Positions 1 to 12,340 of a stretch of 64,000 bases of DNA are shown piece by piece. The stretch spans positions 102,550,001-102,614,000 of the forward strand of contig NC_086097.1 of NCBI RefSeq assembly GCF_963921235.1. The letters run 5' to 3'. Each line of letters starts with the position of its first letter. The first letter of the stretch is position 1. Under the pieces are notes generated by a model. It saw only the letters and a program-made list of their open reading frames with translations, was not told the DNA's origin and made no database searches. A program made the translations under genes and the position numbers. The stretch comes from Mobula hypostoma. Taxonomy: Eukaryota.

Positions 1-19
1 TGAAGCCAATATGTAGCAG

Positions 20-930
20 CAAGGAGGGAATAAGTATTTAGCAAGTCAGGCAGCATCTGTGGAGGGGAATAAACAGTCGATGGTTTGGGCTGAACCCTTC
101 ATCAAGGGAAGGGGACGGAAGCTAGAATAAGAAACGGGGGGGGGGGAGGAAGGAGTGCAAGCTGGAAAGGTGACAGATGTAGAGAAAACTGCATTAACAG
201 CACCAGGTTAATTGATGAACCCAACAGTTGCAAGTGAAGTGTTGCTTCTGGTAACTCCTGCCCTTGAAAGGACTGTTTGGGTCCCTAAATGATGGTGAGA
301 GAGGAGGTGTAGATCTAATGGTGAGACCTGACATAGATTTTGGGATTGCTTAATTGAGCACCTTCGTTCTGTTCACTACAAAAGGCAAGATATCCTGGTG
401 GTTACCTCTACCACAATGTCTCCAAACTATGTTTGGAAGAGAAACACAGCATTTTCAGCCTGGGTAGTCTCAATTTCTCTTGACTTCCAATAATTTCTTC
501 CCTATTCCTCCTCGCTTTTTCCAAGACCCTTTCTGATTACCCTCTCATCCTTCTCCTGCCCATCATCTCCTTTTGGTTTCCCTCCCCCTTCCCATTCCAT
601 GGGTTGCTGGGTAGTCCCCTCCTATTAGATTCCTTCAGTACTTTGCCTCTTCCACCTATTCCTTTCCAGCTTCTTAATCCTCTGTCCCCCACCCATCCAC
701 CTTCCCCCTCTCCTGGCCTCACCTATCACCTTTCCAACTTGCACTTCTTCTTTCTCTCCCCTCCCCCCTTATCTTATTCAGCTTCTGTCCTCTTCCTTTC
801 TAGTCCTGATGAAGGGTCTAAGCCTGAAATGCCAGCAATTTATTCCTGTCCATAGATAATGCCTGACTTGCCAAGTTCTTCCAGTCTTTTGTGTGTGTGT
901 TGCTTCGGATTTCCAGCATCTCTTGTATTT
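20..930. mobile_element. Degenerate Penelope-like element: inverted (-) fragment then (+) 3' fragment, each with a decayed hammerhead motif (~73-108 minus, ~802-835 plus)
   Basis: Pyrimidine-rich 3' region, AGTCCTGATGAAGGGTCT..CCTGAAA, and the terminal GGATTTCCAGCATC shared with the 12341-14130 element. Boundaries approximate. Confidence 0.65.
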
Positions 931-1389
931 GAGTAATTCTTAAGTTAATGGACAGAATCTAATCAAGTAGGCTGGTTTTTCCTTGGTGGTGCTGGGAGTA
1001 TGTTGTTTTAGGGATGCTTTCTTACAAGTAAATGGGTAGTGTTCCACCACACTTGGGAGGAAGCAGATGATTAATCTATTGGGCCTTTCTATTTGAAGAT
1101 GGTTGTGTTGTCTATGGCACAAAACCGCAGGTGCTGGAATCTGGAGGGACTCACGGCAGGCCGTGGTTTAAGTAACTGGGTTCCTCCAGCAGATTATTGC
1201 CTTGGGTACTCAACTCAATTTTGAGGCTGCAAATAATTACACTTGAAAACTTCATCCTCATTTCCAAACAATATTGTGAAGTTTTGAAATGTACTTCACA
1301 AGTGCAAGCTCCTTGCTTTTCATGACTTAGTGAAATCAGTGTGGAGCATGATAATATGCTAGGGCATTTTGAGATTTAGAATGTAGTAG

Positions 1390-2727
1390 TGCTGGGTCTC
1401 TTGAAGAATATTAAGGTGGATAATTCTCCTGTGCCTGATGTGATTATACCCCAAGATAGTCAGAGAACCAAGAGGTGAGATTGCTAGGATTTTAACCAAA
1501 ATCTGTCGTCTCTATCTACAGTGAAGTCCCAGAGGACTGTTGAAGTACCCTAATGTTGCTTTGTTCAGGAAGGGAAATGGGGATAATCCTAGAAATCATA
1601 GACCAGTTCGTCATACATCAATGGGAAACTATAGGAGAGAATTCTTTAAAGTAGGATTTATGAGCATTGAGAAAACCATGGCCTAATTAGCGGCAGTTGG
1701 CATGACTTTGTTGTGGGATAAGTTTGTGTCTTACTAATGAGTTTTTTTTTAAAGAGATGATCAATGTAGGTAGAACAGTGAAAGTTGTCCATGTGGATTT
1801 TGGTAAGGCATTTGAAAGTGCTTTAATGCAGGCTCATCCAGAAGATAAAGGTGCATGGGATCCACAGTGATGGCCATTTGGATTCAGAATTGACCTTCCC
1901 ATGGTAGACAGGGTAGTGGTTGATAGTTTATATGCTAGCTAAAAGGTTTGATTAATTGGATGTTTGACTAGTGGTATTCTGCAGGGATTTGTACTGAGAC
2001 TGCTGCTGTTTGAGATAGAAATGACTTGATGAAAATGTGCATGGGCGTATGAGCAAGTTTGCAGTTGACAGGATGGTTGGTAGCATTGTAGATGGTGTAG
2101 AAGGTTGCGAAAGAATACAGTGGGATATAGATCAGTTGCAGGTGTGGGTGGACAGACAGTTTAATCCCTTTGGTATTGCACTTGGGGAGGTGGACTGTAA
2201 AGGGGATGCTCAGCAACACTGATGTATAGAGGGATCTTGGAGTCCAAGTCCGTATCTCCATGGAAGTTTATAGTGTGGTAAAGGTGGTGAATGGCATGTT
2301 TGCTTTTATTGAGGTATTGAGTTCAGAGTTCAAGTTGCGTTGCAGTTTTATAAAACTTCAGGCTGCATTGTATTCAATTCTGGTTGCTCCATTACAGGAA
2401 GAACATGGAAGAGGTGTACCAGAATGCTGCCTAAGGATAAGTGCTTTCAATATAGGTTGGACAAACCAGGGTTATTTTCTCTGGTGCAAAGGAGGCTGAG
2501 GGAAGACCTGATGAGTTTATAAAAGTTACAGGCATAGACAAGTTAGACAGTTGGTATCTTTTTCCCAGGGTTGAAATACCTAATGCTAGAGGGCAGGTAT
2601 TTAATGTGAAAGTAGAAAAGTTCAGAGATGTGCAAGGTATGTTTTTTTAAAAGAGTGGTGGGTGTGTGAAACGTGCTGCCCATGGTGATGGTAGAACCAG
2701 GCAGAGGTATTTAAGAGTGTATTGGAT
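1390..2727 (+). mobile_element. Degenerate CR1-like LINE (RT and 3' region), interrupted by an RTE; resumes at ~4965-5090
   Basis: Typical CR1 ORF2 remnants (GGATTTTGGTAAGGCATTTGA; CAGGCTGCATTGTATTCAATTCTGG). No long ORF. Start approximate. Confidence 0.7.
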
Positions 2728-4964
2728 CATCATCAGCAGGTGCCATGCCCAGTTTGAGCTTTGACTGCCATGGCCCACACACTCTTGTTTCGGGTCAAGT
2801 GGATCAATTCATTGGTATTCATTTCCAGTTGTCTGGCCGCTGTCTCCATCATCATTTGTCTTTGTCTTCTTCTTGCTTTCTTCCCTTCATTCTTGCCCAT
2901 AATTACCATGCATTCCAACTCCTCTTTCCTAATCACATGTCCAATGAAGTTGTGTTGCCTTTTCATGTTCTCATACATTATTTCTCTTTTTGTGTTTGCT
3001 CTGTTCATGACATCCTCGTTAGATACTCGTATTATCCAACATTCTGAGCTATATAACATAACTGGATAAATGTAACTTTTCAGTACTCTGAGGTGGGTTG
3101 TCATGCCTACTTTAGTATTGGTCAGTATACTCTTCATTCTCGTAAAGGTGTTTTTTGCCATCCCTATTCTTCTTTTGATATCCAAGTCGCACCTGCCATC
3201 TGATGTCACCCAGCTTCCTAAGCAGCAAAAGTTCTGTACTTGTTTTATATCTTCCCCATTTATTCTCAGCCTGCACATAGGATTCTCCTTCTTTTTGGAT
3301 ATCACCATACATTCTGTCTTTTTGCAATTGATAGATAGACCTATTTTTGTACTTTCTTCAACAATTATATCAATTAAGTGCTGTACTTTCAATTAACACA
3401 ACGTCATCTGCATATCTGAAATTATTGATGTTTTCACTGCCAACTTTGATTCCCAAGATGTCTCCTATTTTTTGTGATATTGTTTCACTGTACACATTAA
3501 ATACATAAGGGGAGAAAACACACCCTTGTCTAATGCCTCTCTTGATTTTCGTAAACTGACTCACTTCTCCATCTATTCTTACAGCGGCAGTTTGTTCCCA
3601 GAACAGATTTCTGATTAGGCGGAGGTCTTTCGAATCTAGATCTAGAGTTTTTTGTAATATTTCAAATAACTTATTGTGCTTCACTTTATCAAATGCTTTT
3701 GTGTAGTCAATAAAACAAACAATTCTTTTTGCACTTGAATAGCTCGTTTTGATAGTATGCTTAACATCAATATTGCGTTTCTTGTACCTTTCTCTTTCAC
3801 AAAACCACATTGTTCTTTGCCTATTTCAGCTTGTATCTTCAGCTCTTGTCATCAAAATTCTTGGAAGTATCTTGGTAATACGACTCATTAAAATTATGGT
3901 CCTATGTAATTCACATTCTATTGCTCCAGCTTTCTTAGGAAGAGTGATAAGTACTGATTTTTTTTTTCATCTCTTCTGGTATTATTCCAGTCTCATAAAT
4001 GCCATTGATTAAATCAGTGAGTTTTTCAATTCCATAATCTTCAAGGGTGATAATTTGTTCTGTTACTAATTCATCAGGACCTGCTGCATTTTCTTTCTTC
4101 ATCTTATTTATTGCATTATGAACTTCAGATTTTGAAATACTTGGACCTTCAATATTTTTCTTAATTTCTGGTTTTTCGCCTTGATCGTCTTCAAAGAATT
4201 CCTGAATATACTCAGTCCATGTGTTCATAATCTCATCTTTTTTCATGATACTGGTACTGTCCTTTGCTTTCAAACATCCACCTGAAGAACAGAGGAGCTA
4301 TTTACCAGTGATATTCTTGATTTATTGATGTAACCTTTTTGGATCAGTAATGGGGATTCTTTCTATTTGCTTACATTCCTGGTTTAACCATTCTTCTTTG
4401 GGTTTTTGACATAAGCTTTTAACTTTTTTATCTAAGGACTTATATTCTATAGAATTTGCTTTCTTCCGTCTCCTTTCTTCCATTAGATTTTTGATTTTAT
4501 CTGCCATCCATTTATTCTTTGTGTTTTTTTTCTTTTTTGGGAATCACTGACTGCTGATTCTACCAAGGCATCCTTTAGAGAGTTAAATTTCATTTCTACA
4601 TGATTGCTATCATCTTCAACAGATTCTATTTCTAGACGTGCAAATGGTCAAGGGATTGTTCAGGTTTTTGCTTCTTTAGTTTTTTAGGTATTACTTTTAC
4701 ATGACATACTAGGTTATGGTCACTATTACAGTCTGCACCTGGATATGTTTTGCATTGAGTCACTGAGTTTCTAAATCTTTGGTTTATAGTAATAAAGTCA
4801 ATTTGATTTCTCATGTTATCACCTGGACTTTTCCAGGTCCACAAGTGTCTTAGATAGTTTTTAAAGTAGGTATTCATAATGACCTGATTATTCATCTTGC
4901 ACCATTCTACCCATTTCTCACCTCTTTCATTTCTTTCCCCTAGTCCAAATTTTCCCATGATATC
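2728..4964 (-). mobile_element. 5'-truncated RTE-clade (BovB-like) LINE with frameshifted EN/RT
   Basis: ORF pieces GKFGLGERNERGE..TWKSPGD..RNQIDFI..YPGADCNSDH, CFIDYTKAFD, GIRQGC, NNFRYADD. (TGA)n tail at the 3' end. Candidate TSD TTGGAT at 2722-2727 / 4965-4970. Confidence 0.9.
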
Positions 4965-5722
4965 TTGGATAGTTATGAGAATATGCAGTATATGGACAGA
5001 TAGGTTCACATGCAGGCAGAAGGCATTAGGTAGCTTAGCACAGTGATGTGGCCTAAAGTGCATCCTGTACTGTTCTGGTCTCCAGTATGACTCTTTACGC
5101 AGTGATGCAGCCAGGAGCTTGGCAATGTACATATCGAGCTAAGTGCTACCATTGCAGAGTCACAGGAACCTCTGTGGTGTTTCCACTCTGAAACACAAGA
5201 TTTTGTTCATTTGACAATGATCATTTCATTGTTATGTTTTGACTTTTTATTGTTTGAATGGTAAGCAAAGATCTCAGTCAAAAATGGTACACAAATGTAA
5301 TCTTTTTAATAGTCTATTTTCATGTCCCAAAAATGGGCATTGCACTTGTTTCTGAATTTCTGTTATGTGTAGTCAAGCCACCAAAACCTGTGGTATTTTG
5401 TAATGTATTTTGAGTATTGCAAATAAGAGCTGAGACAAATATAAAAATGATGACAAGTAAACTGAAGAATACAAGTAGCAGAATTGCATGCTTCAATAGA
5501 ATCTTTGGCTAGAGGTTAAATGAGAGCAATATAAAATTTAATGGAAGTATTCAAAGTTGAAGGGAGGAGAAACATTTAGTGGCAAGGATATAGATGATCA
5601 AGGTTCATAAAATTTAAGTAATTGGTAAAATTAGAGGAAATTGTTTTTGCCTTATGATCTGAAAGGCTGGGTAGGTAGAAGCAGTTTCAGTTGCATCTTC
5701 TAAAGTGGTGTTGAATAAATAC

Positions 5723-5855
5723 CTGACGAAGGGTCTCGGCCCGAAACGTCAACTGTACCTCTTCCTAGAGATGCTGCCTGGCCTGCTGCGTTCACGAGCA
5801 ACTCTTATGTGTGTTGCTTGAAATTCCAGCATCTGCAGATTTCCTCGTGTTTGCA
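5723..5855 (+). mobile_element. Short PLE terminal-repeat insertion beginning at the hammerhead core (CTGACGAAGGGTCTCGGCCCGAAACGTC)
   Basis: Exact 12-bp TSD TTGAATAAATAC at 5711-5722 and 5856-5867. Sequence is shared with other PLE ends in the window. Confidence 0.85.
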
Positions 5856-6035
5856 TTGAATAAATACTTGAGCAGTTACACGCTGTAGGGATTGGATTAT
5901 GGGATTAATTGAGCAGCTTTATCAAGGATCTGAATGTGGATCAGCAGCCACATGCTGTTGTTCTGTGACTGATTATGATGTTTGACACATGACCATATTT
6001 TAACACTAGGCTTGTATCTTTTTTTTTCTTTACAG

Positions 6036-6114
6036 AGACTGTGCAATAGATCTTACTTGTGTACTATGCATGGACTGTTTCCAAAACAGTGTTCACCGAA
6101 ATCATCGGTACAAG
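6036..6114 (+). CDS. UBR1: UBR1 E3 ligase internal exon (~human exon 3), UBR-box zinc finger: (R)[26 protein letters not shown]
   Basis: Polypyrimidine tract + tacAG acceptor and AAG|GTATTT donor. 79 nt, phase 2->0. Translation matches the recalled UBR1 UBR box ([27 protein letters not shown]) better than UBR2. Confidence 0.95.
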
Positions 6115-6829
6115 GTATTTGTCCTATCTTTTTTGTTTTATTGTTTTTATACTTGAACGATAGCTGTTTCTAGAAAATTTTTAGCAGTTCTTTTTAGTTA
6201 GTGGAAGTATTTGAATGGGGATTGGGCGGTAGAAATCATCATGTAGGTTTTGTGCATAAGGTTGATTTTGCATTGCTAGCTATACTAGCATTGTTTCAGG
6301 CCTTGTAATGTTGCTAGTTTCAGAATATAGACTTTGTTTCTTGTTGTTCTGTCCTAATCAGAAAGCTGTGTAATTGGAGAGCAACTTGGTGATTTGATAT
6401 CACTTTCCTTCTGGGTGGTAAAGGGTAAGGGCTGGGCATTGCAGACGAAGACTTGCAGGAATTTTCAGTGGCATGTCTGAGTAGTTTCATATATACTTGG
6501 CTTTCTGCCTCTGATCTGTTATTACTGAGAATCATTAGGGAATATTAATAGCAGGCAAACTGCTCCTGACCCGTCCATGACCTGATTTTCTTGTGACAAG
6601 GATAGTACAGGAAGGAAAAACCTGTTTAGTATATTATTACAGCAGAGTTTTAGAGACTGAGCATGCTGTCCTTTGGATTGGACAAATGACAAAAATCAAT
6701 TTCTTTGTTTTGTGATGAGTTGCATGTTGAATCTGTGCCACACTTGAAAGATTGTAATGTATTATTGGACTGGTGACATGTCAGGAACACTCAGTTTTCT
6801 ACTGCCAGGTAGACTGAGGTGATGTTGAT

Positions 6830-7460
6830 ATTGAGGAAGATCATCTTGGGTTACATAATATTATTGGTCAGTTGATAAATTGGGTAGAGCATCGGCAGAT
6901 GAAATCCAATCTGATATATTTTGAGAAACCAAATAAGAGTAGGGTTAACAGTAATTTGTAGGCTTCTAGAGAGTTGAACAGAGGAACATTGTACAAGTCA
7001 AAGGACCCCTAAACATGGCAACAGTTAGTGGTGAAGAGGGCATACGGGCTAATAGACATCATTGGCCAGTGTGGAGAATATCAAGGTCATGGTAAACTTC
7101 ATAAAACTTCAGTTAGGCTTCATTTGGAGTACTGTGTGCAATTCTGCTTGCTGCATGGTAGAAAGGATGCAGTTGCTCAGAAGAAGATTATAGAAGTGAT
7201 TTTCCAGTCTGTTGCCTGGGCTGGATTATTTTATCTATGAGGAGAGATTGGATAGGTTGGTTTTGTTTTCATTGGAGCAGAGGAGTGGAAAGGCACCTGA
7301 ATGAGGTAAACAAAAATCTGAATGGCGAAAATGAGAAAAAATTTCTTACCATCTCTCCAAATGCAGGTATCTGGAAATAGAGGGCATTGGTGTAAGGTGA
7401 AGAATTAAAAGGGATCTTAAGTCCCACCTTTTATCTCAATGTAGTTAATGATCTTCAGTT
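6830..7460 (+). mobile_element. Degenerate CR1-like LINE 3' fragment
   Basis: ORF 7028-7240 contains the CR1 motif LHKTSVRLHLEYCVQF. Boundaries approximate. Confidence 0.7.
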
Positions 7461-8054
7461 CAAATTGAAAATTAAATGCTTGCATTGTTACAGAAATTGA
7501 TCTTGTTAGGAATGGAGATGAAGATTTAAGTATATAGAACATAGAACAGTTGCTATAGGGTCCTTTGGCCCACAATGTTGTGCTGATACTCCAAGATCAA
7601 TTTAACTCTTCCCTCCCACGTAGCTCATAATCTCTATTTCATCTATGTACCTAGTTAAGTTTCTTAAATATCTCTAATATATCTACCTCTACCAACAACC
7701 TTGGCAGCTCATTCCACAAACCTACCCATCCCTACAAAAAAAACTTACCTCTGACATCCCTTCTACACTTTTCACCAAACAGCTTAGTTATGCCCCTTGT
7801 ATGAACCATTTTTGCCCTGGGGAAAAGTCTTTGGCTGTCCAGTCTTATCTATGCCTCTTATACTCTATCAAGCCGCTTCTCATCCTCCTCTCCAGAGAAA
7901 AGTCCTAGCTCTCGCAATCTATCCTCATATGACATACTCTCTAATCCAGAGAGTATCCTGGTGAATCTCCTCTGCACCCTGTCAAACTTCCACATCCTTC
8001 CTATAGTGAGGTGACTGGAACTGAACTAAACACAATCCAAGTGTGGTCTAACCA

Positions 8055-8714
8055 CAGACATCCCACCTCTCCTGGAAGTTCCGGGAGTCTCCTGCATATT
8101 AATAGTGGCTCCCTGATGCCCGCAAATTATATACAATATCCCGGAAATCAATTTTTTTGAGAGTAAGCGAGAGAGTGCGAGAGCATGAGAGAGAGCGACC
8201 ACGAGAGAGGGAGCGTGAGAGAGAGAGAGAGCGCGCGCGTGCCATGGCAGTGTGTTCCAAAAAAATATAAAACGTATGTCACCCCAGACTACCCTAAAGT
8301 GTACCCCTGCCTAATAGGGGTCAAAAATAGTGACAGTGTTGCTCGCTGCACTGTTGGCAACAGTGACTATTCTATCTCCCATGGTGGGTTAAGACTGTTA
8401 AAGACATGTTGAGGTGAGTTGAGTAGGTGTCATTCGTTCATTAGCTTAGCTAATGTTATTTAAACTAAACACGAGGAAATCTGCAGATGCTAGAATTTCA
8501 AACATCACACATAAAAATTGCTGGATAGATGCTGCCTGGCCTGCTGCATTCACCAGCAACTTTTATGTGTGTTGCTTGTTATTTAAACTAGCTGGCTAGC
8601 TGCTAAAGAGCTACTCTATTGCAGACATCCCACCTCTCCGGGAAGTTCCGGGAGTCTCCCGCAAATTGATGGTGCTACCTCCCTGAAATGAGTTTTTGCG
8701 GGGTGGAATGTCTG
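8055..8714 (+). mobile_element. Non-autonomous DNA transposon with a BED-finger-like transposase remnant (hAT-like?)
   Basis: TIRs CAGACATCCCACC / GGTGGAATGTCTG and TSD TAACCA (8049-8054, 8715-8720). Peptide ARCTVGNSDYSISHGG. The left terminus is duplicated internally at ~8622. Confidence 0.75.
8468..8576. mobile_element. Inverted-structure PLE terminal-repeat insertion nested in the DNA transposon
   Basis: 14-bp TSD TGTTATTTAAACTA at 8454-8467 and 8577-8590. Head-to-head arms of the PLE terminal repeat. Confidence 0.8.
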
Positions 8715-9301
8715 TAACCAGCATTTTATAGAGAAACAACATTACCTAGTGGCTTCTGAACAGAGGAACAGGCCCTTTGCCCCATGCGACCCTTTTGAAT
8801 TCCTCCATTGTATTTGCCTCCCCTACCATCCATGGCAGTGCGTTTCAAATGCCTACCATTTGTCAAATATTGGTATTTGTTGTCTAAATTCTGTTTGGGG
8901 CCCAAGGATTGAGACTGGAGATTTTGTGGTGAAATAGAGATCTTTTGTATCCATTTGAAAGCAGATAGGGCTTTAGTCTTTATAGAAAATTATTTCTTTT
9001 TGCAAAAAGCTTTCAATATTAAAAAAAAATCCACAAGTCAATTTCAGAAAGCCAAAATGGCATGATAAATACGGTAAAACTCTGATAAAATACATTGTTT
9101 GAAAAATCCCAATGGAATGGCAGTGGTTTCACTGAGCTGTTTCTCCTGCTTCTATTTCAGCTCACCAGGGAACTGTCTCTAGAACTCTAAGCATCCTGGA
9201 TTCATTGCAAAATTTATTATACTATCTTTGACTCAATTTTGAACATGTACTGAGGTATTAATAGTAATATCCCAATGTTTGGAATATGAGAATATCCAAT
9301 A

Positions 9302-11024
9302 CAAGTTGAGCTAACCTTTCTGCAAACCTCAGAATCCAAAATTATTTTGAGCACTGACATGATGCCACAATTGAAAATTCCACAAGGCACTGGTAAGGTT
9401 CCCAGGCGCTGTGCAGGTTCTGAGATACTTCTTACATACTTCTCTGAGTGGCACCTTGTTGGTGCCAGTTCGTTTTCAGTAGTCATCACAGCCTGATTTT
9501 CATGCATCACTCAATGATTACCATGTGTTTTATACCTATTCCATGCCTGTGCTGTAAAGTTATTGTTGAAAATGTCAAAAAGGCCTGCATTTATCCTTAT
9601 GGGTAATAGTGGTAAAAGAGGAAGCATTTATGGTTATAACACAAAGTCAAGTTGTTGGAAAAACTTGACAGTTGTGTAAATGTGAACCACCTGACGGAGT
9701 ATAGTGTTGGATTGACCACCACCTACAACCGGAAGGAACACAAGGAAAAAAACTGTTAGTTTCATGCTGGAAGTAATATACAGAATTTAAGGAAAAATAG
9801 AAAAACACTGCATATAATGAAAAATGATCTCGATTGTGTATTGAAAGAGTGGATTTGTCAACGTTGGAGTGAACATATGCCTCTTAACAGTCGTGAAACA
9901 AGTAATGATCTATCGCGATAAACTGAAAATTGAGGTAATTGTGAATATTCAACAGGTTGGTTGCAGAAATTTAAGGAAAGGCATGTATCATGAAGCAACA
10001 GAGAAATTGAAGGGTTAGAGCAGTGTACATTCATACAGAACAAGAAATCATGTCAGTTATAAAATAAAAGAAAGATTGTTATGACAAAAACTCTGAATGA
10101 AACATAAGACTGGAAGAAACATTTGGGGGGAAAAAAAGTCATTCAGCACAGTGCCGCCTCATTGTGAGAGCATCTGCTTTCAGGTCCCTCAACCACTTCT
10201 GATGTCCTCTTCACGATGATGTATTCTCTCCCTCAAGTTTCTCAGACCTGATGTAGTTGTAGTGTTTGATGCTGTAATTATCTCTTTTGGTAATTACAGA
10301 ACATATTATTTTTGCATGAAGTCTGAATTTCATCTCCACAAAAAATCCCATGTTTGAGTGTACCATGACCAGCATCATTATTGCATTAAAATAAAATGTT
10401 GACTTTTCTCCACAGTCTTCATTGAATTTAATTACAGGTAAATGTAATTTTTTGTATTTACACCATACATAAAACCTTTTTTTTAAAAAAGGTAAAATAC
10501 GGATACAGTGTACTTTTTAATCAAACTCTGACTGCATTGTTGGTGGAGGCTGAAAGCCTGCCGTTGTTGATCAACAGCTGATTCAGGTATTCTCCCGATG
10601 CTGCCCTGCACACATTATATCTTCATTACATTAATGGTATGTAACAATTTTTACTGTTAATACATATGTGTGATGAACAAGTCTAAGACAAAGACTGCTT
10701 ACTGGTAGCACATAAATTCAGTCCGACATGATGGTGATGCCAAACAGCCGCTGACTGTCCACCTAGGCAGTGAGGAAGAGATGGCTTACTTTTCTGATGG
10801 TTCATTGTACACGTTATTTCATGCACAAAATTATTTTTAAAAACAATATAGACTACCTTCACGCTATATGTACAAGCTGTGCATAAATGTAAATGGATAT
10901 CATGACTTGTGTCCCATCCCCAAACTGTCTCATTATATAGATGCAAATATTTCAAAATCTGAAAAAATCTGGAATCCAAAACACTTCTGGCCCCAAACAT
11001 TTTGGAAAAGTGGTACTCAACCTG
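9302..11024 (+). mobile_element. Tigger/pogo (Tigger4/jerky-like) internally deleted DNA transposon
   Basis: TA|CAAGTTGAG ... CTCAACCTG|TA. Decayed CENP-B-type HTH remnants (KVKLLEKLD, LDCVLKEWICQR, STGWLQKFKERH). Confidence 0.8.
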
Positions 11025-11280
11025 TACCAGCAAAGTCTGAACGTGTGGGATTACCAATCTTGCTGCAATTATTGGATTCTAATTCTCAAGTAAACCATAT
11101 ATAACTAAGGAACAAGGGGATCTCAGGCTCTGAGTTTGTGCAGACGTAGTCGTTCCTTTTTTGGTATCGTATCTATGTTGAAATATGTTAATGTCAGTAA
11201 GATCCTGCCATTTTTCTAACTGGTTTTCTTGAAGCAGGTATTATTACAGTAGTCAATACATGGTATGGTTTTGTGTTTAG

Positions 11281-11388
11281 ATGAATTCTTCCCCTGGAGG
11301 AGGTTTTTGTGACTGTGGTGATATTGAAGCCTGGAAGACTGGACCAACGTGTATAAAGCATGAACGCAGTCCATCTGAGGACATAAAG
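11281..11388 (+). CDS. UBR1: UBR1 exon (~exon 4), C-terminal half of UBR box: [36 protein letters not shown]
   Basis: tttAG acceptor, AAG|GTAAGA donor. 108 nt, phase 0->0. Contains the [14 protein letters not shown] signature. Confidence 0.95.
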
Positions 11389-11914
11389 GTAAGATTCTTT
11401 GTACAGTATTCTGTCTTCATTATTTGGTGCTTGGTGTTTTGGTGATTAAGTAAGACTGGATGGTTACTGATTGAAAGTATCCCTTGAAAGTATTCTTGGT
11501 ACATATTGGCACTAAATGACATGTGTAGGAAAAGAGAAGAAGAGAGAATTTAGAGAGTTAGTTAGAGTGCAGAAAAGTAGGACTTCCAACCATTGAGGTT
11601 ACTGCCCACTGTTTTGTAAATGGCAAAACTTGCCATGTAGTCAGAAACAGAGCTCTTCACTTCAGTTTAAAGCTGAGGATTAAAGGAGGGTCTAGTGAAT
11701 GATGTGTAATAAAATTTTTAAAAATTCACACATTCACTAGCAGGTATAATGTTATAGGGCTTTTCTTGAGACAAGGCTCTTGTATGGACCGTGTTAAGTA
11801 GACCACTTGATAGGGATGTGCTGATGGCAAAGATTCTAGTAAAGGGCATTGGAAAAATACTTCCCAGAAGTTTTTCAATATTGTGATTCAGTGATACAAT
11901 TTTTAAGATTAATT

Positions 11915-12217
11915 TTATTTGTCACATGTACATTGAAGCATAGTGAAATGCATCATTTGCATCAGATCGGCAAGGGTTATGCTGGGTAGCTCGCAAATAT
12001 CGCCATACTTCCGGTGCCAACGTAGCATGACCACAACTTAATGATGCTAATTGAACGTCTTTTGCAATGTGGGAGGAAACCAGAGCACCAGGAGGAAATC
12101 CACAGTCACGGAGAACGTACAAACTTCTTACAGGCAATGCCATTGGGAATTAAACCCCAGCTGGTGAAAGCTGGTGCTGTAAGGTGATGTGCTAATCACT
12201 ATGCTACCATGTTGCCC
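11915..12217 (-). mobile_element. tRNA-derived V-SINE (HE1-like)
   Basis: Minus strand has a tRNA-like head (GGTAGCATAGTGATTAGCAC...GGTTTAATTCCC) followed by the V-domain GTTTGTACGTTCTCCGTG..GTGCTCTGGTTTCCTCCCACA. Boundaries approximate. Confidence 0.75.
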
Positions 12218-12340
12218 TTATCATCAACAATGGAAAACTCTGGAAACCAGTTAGCAGTTCAACAGCATTTTAATGCAATGTTAATGTTTTGGATGAAAGA
12301 CCCTTCATTTGAACTAGGACAGAAGTGTGTTTTAAGATGC

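Larger units (their letters stand above)
7535..8760 (-). mobile_element. CR1-like LINE 3' end (ATAGAAC-type tail), interrupted by a DNA transposon at 8055-8714
   Basis: Homologous to the CR1 end at 53860-54740. The host sequence is continuous across TAACCA. Boundaries approximate. Confidence 0.7.
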
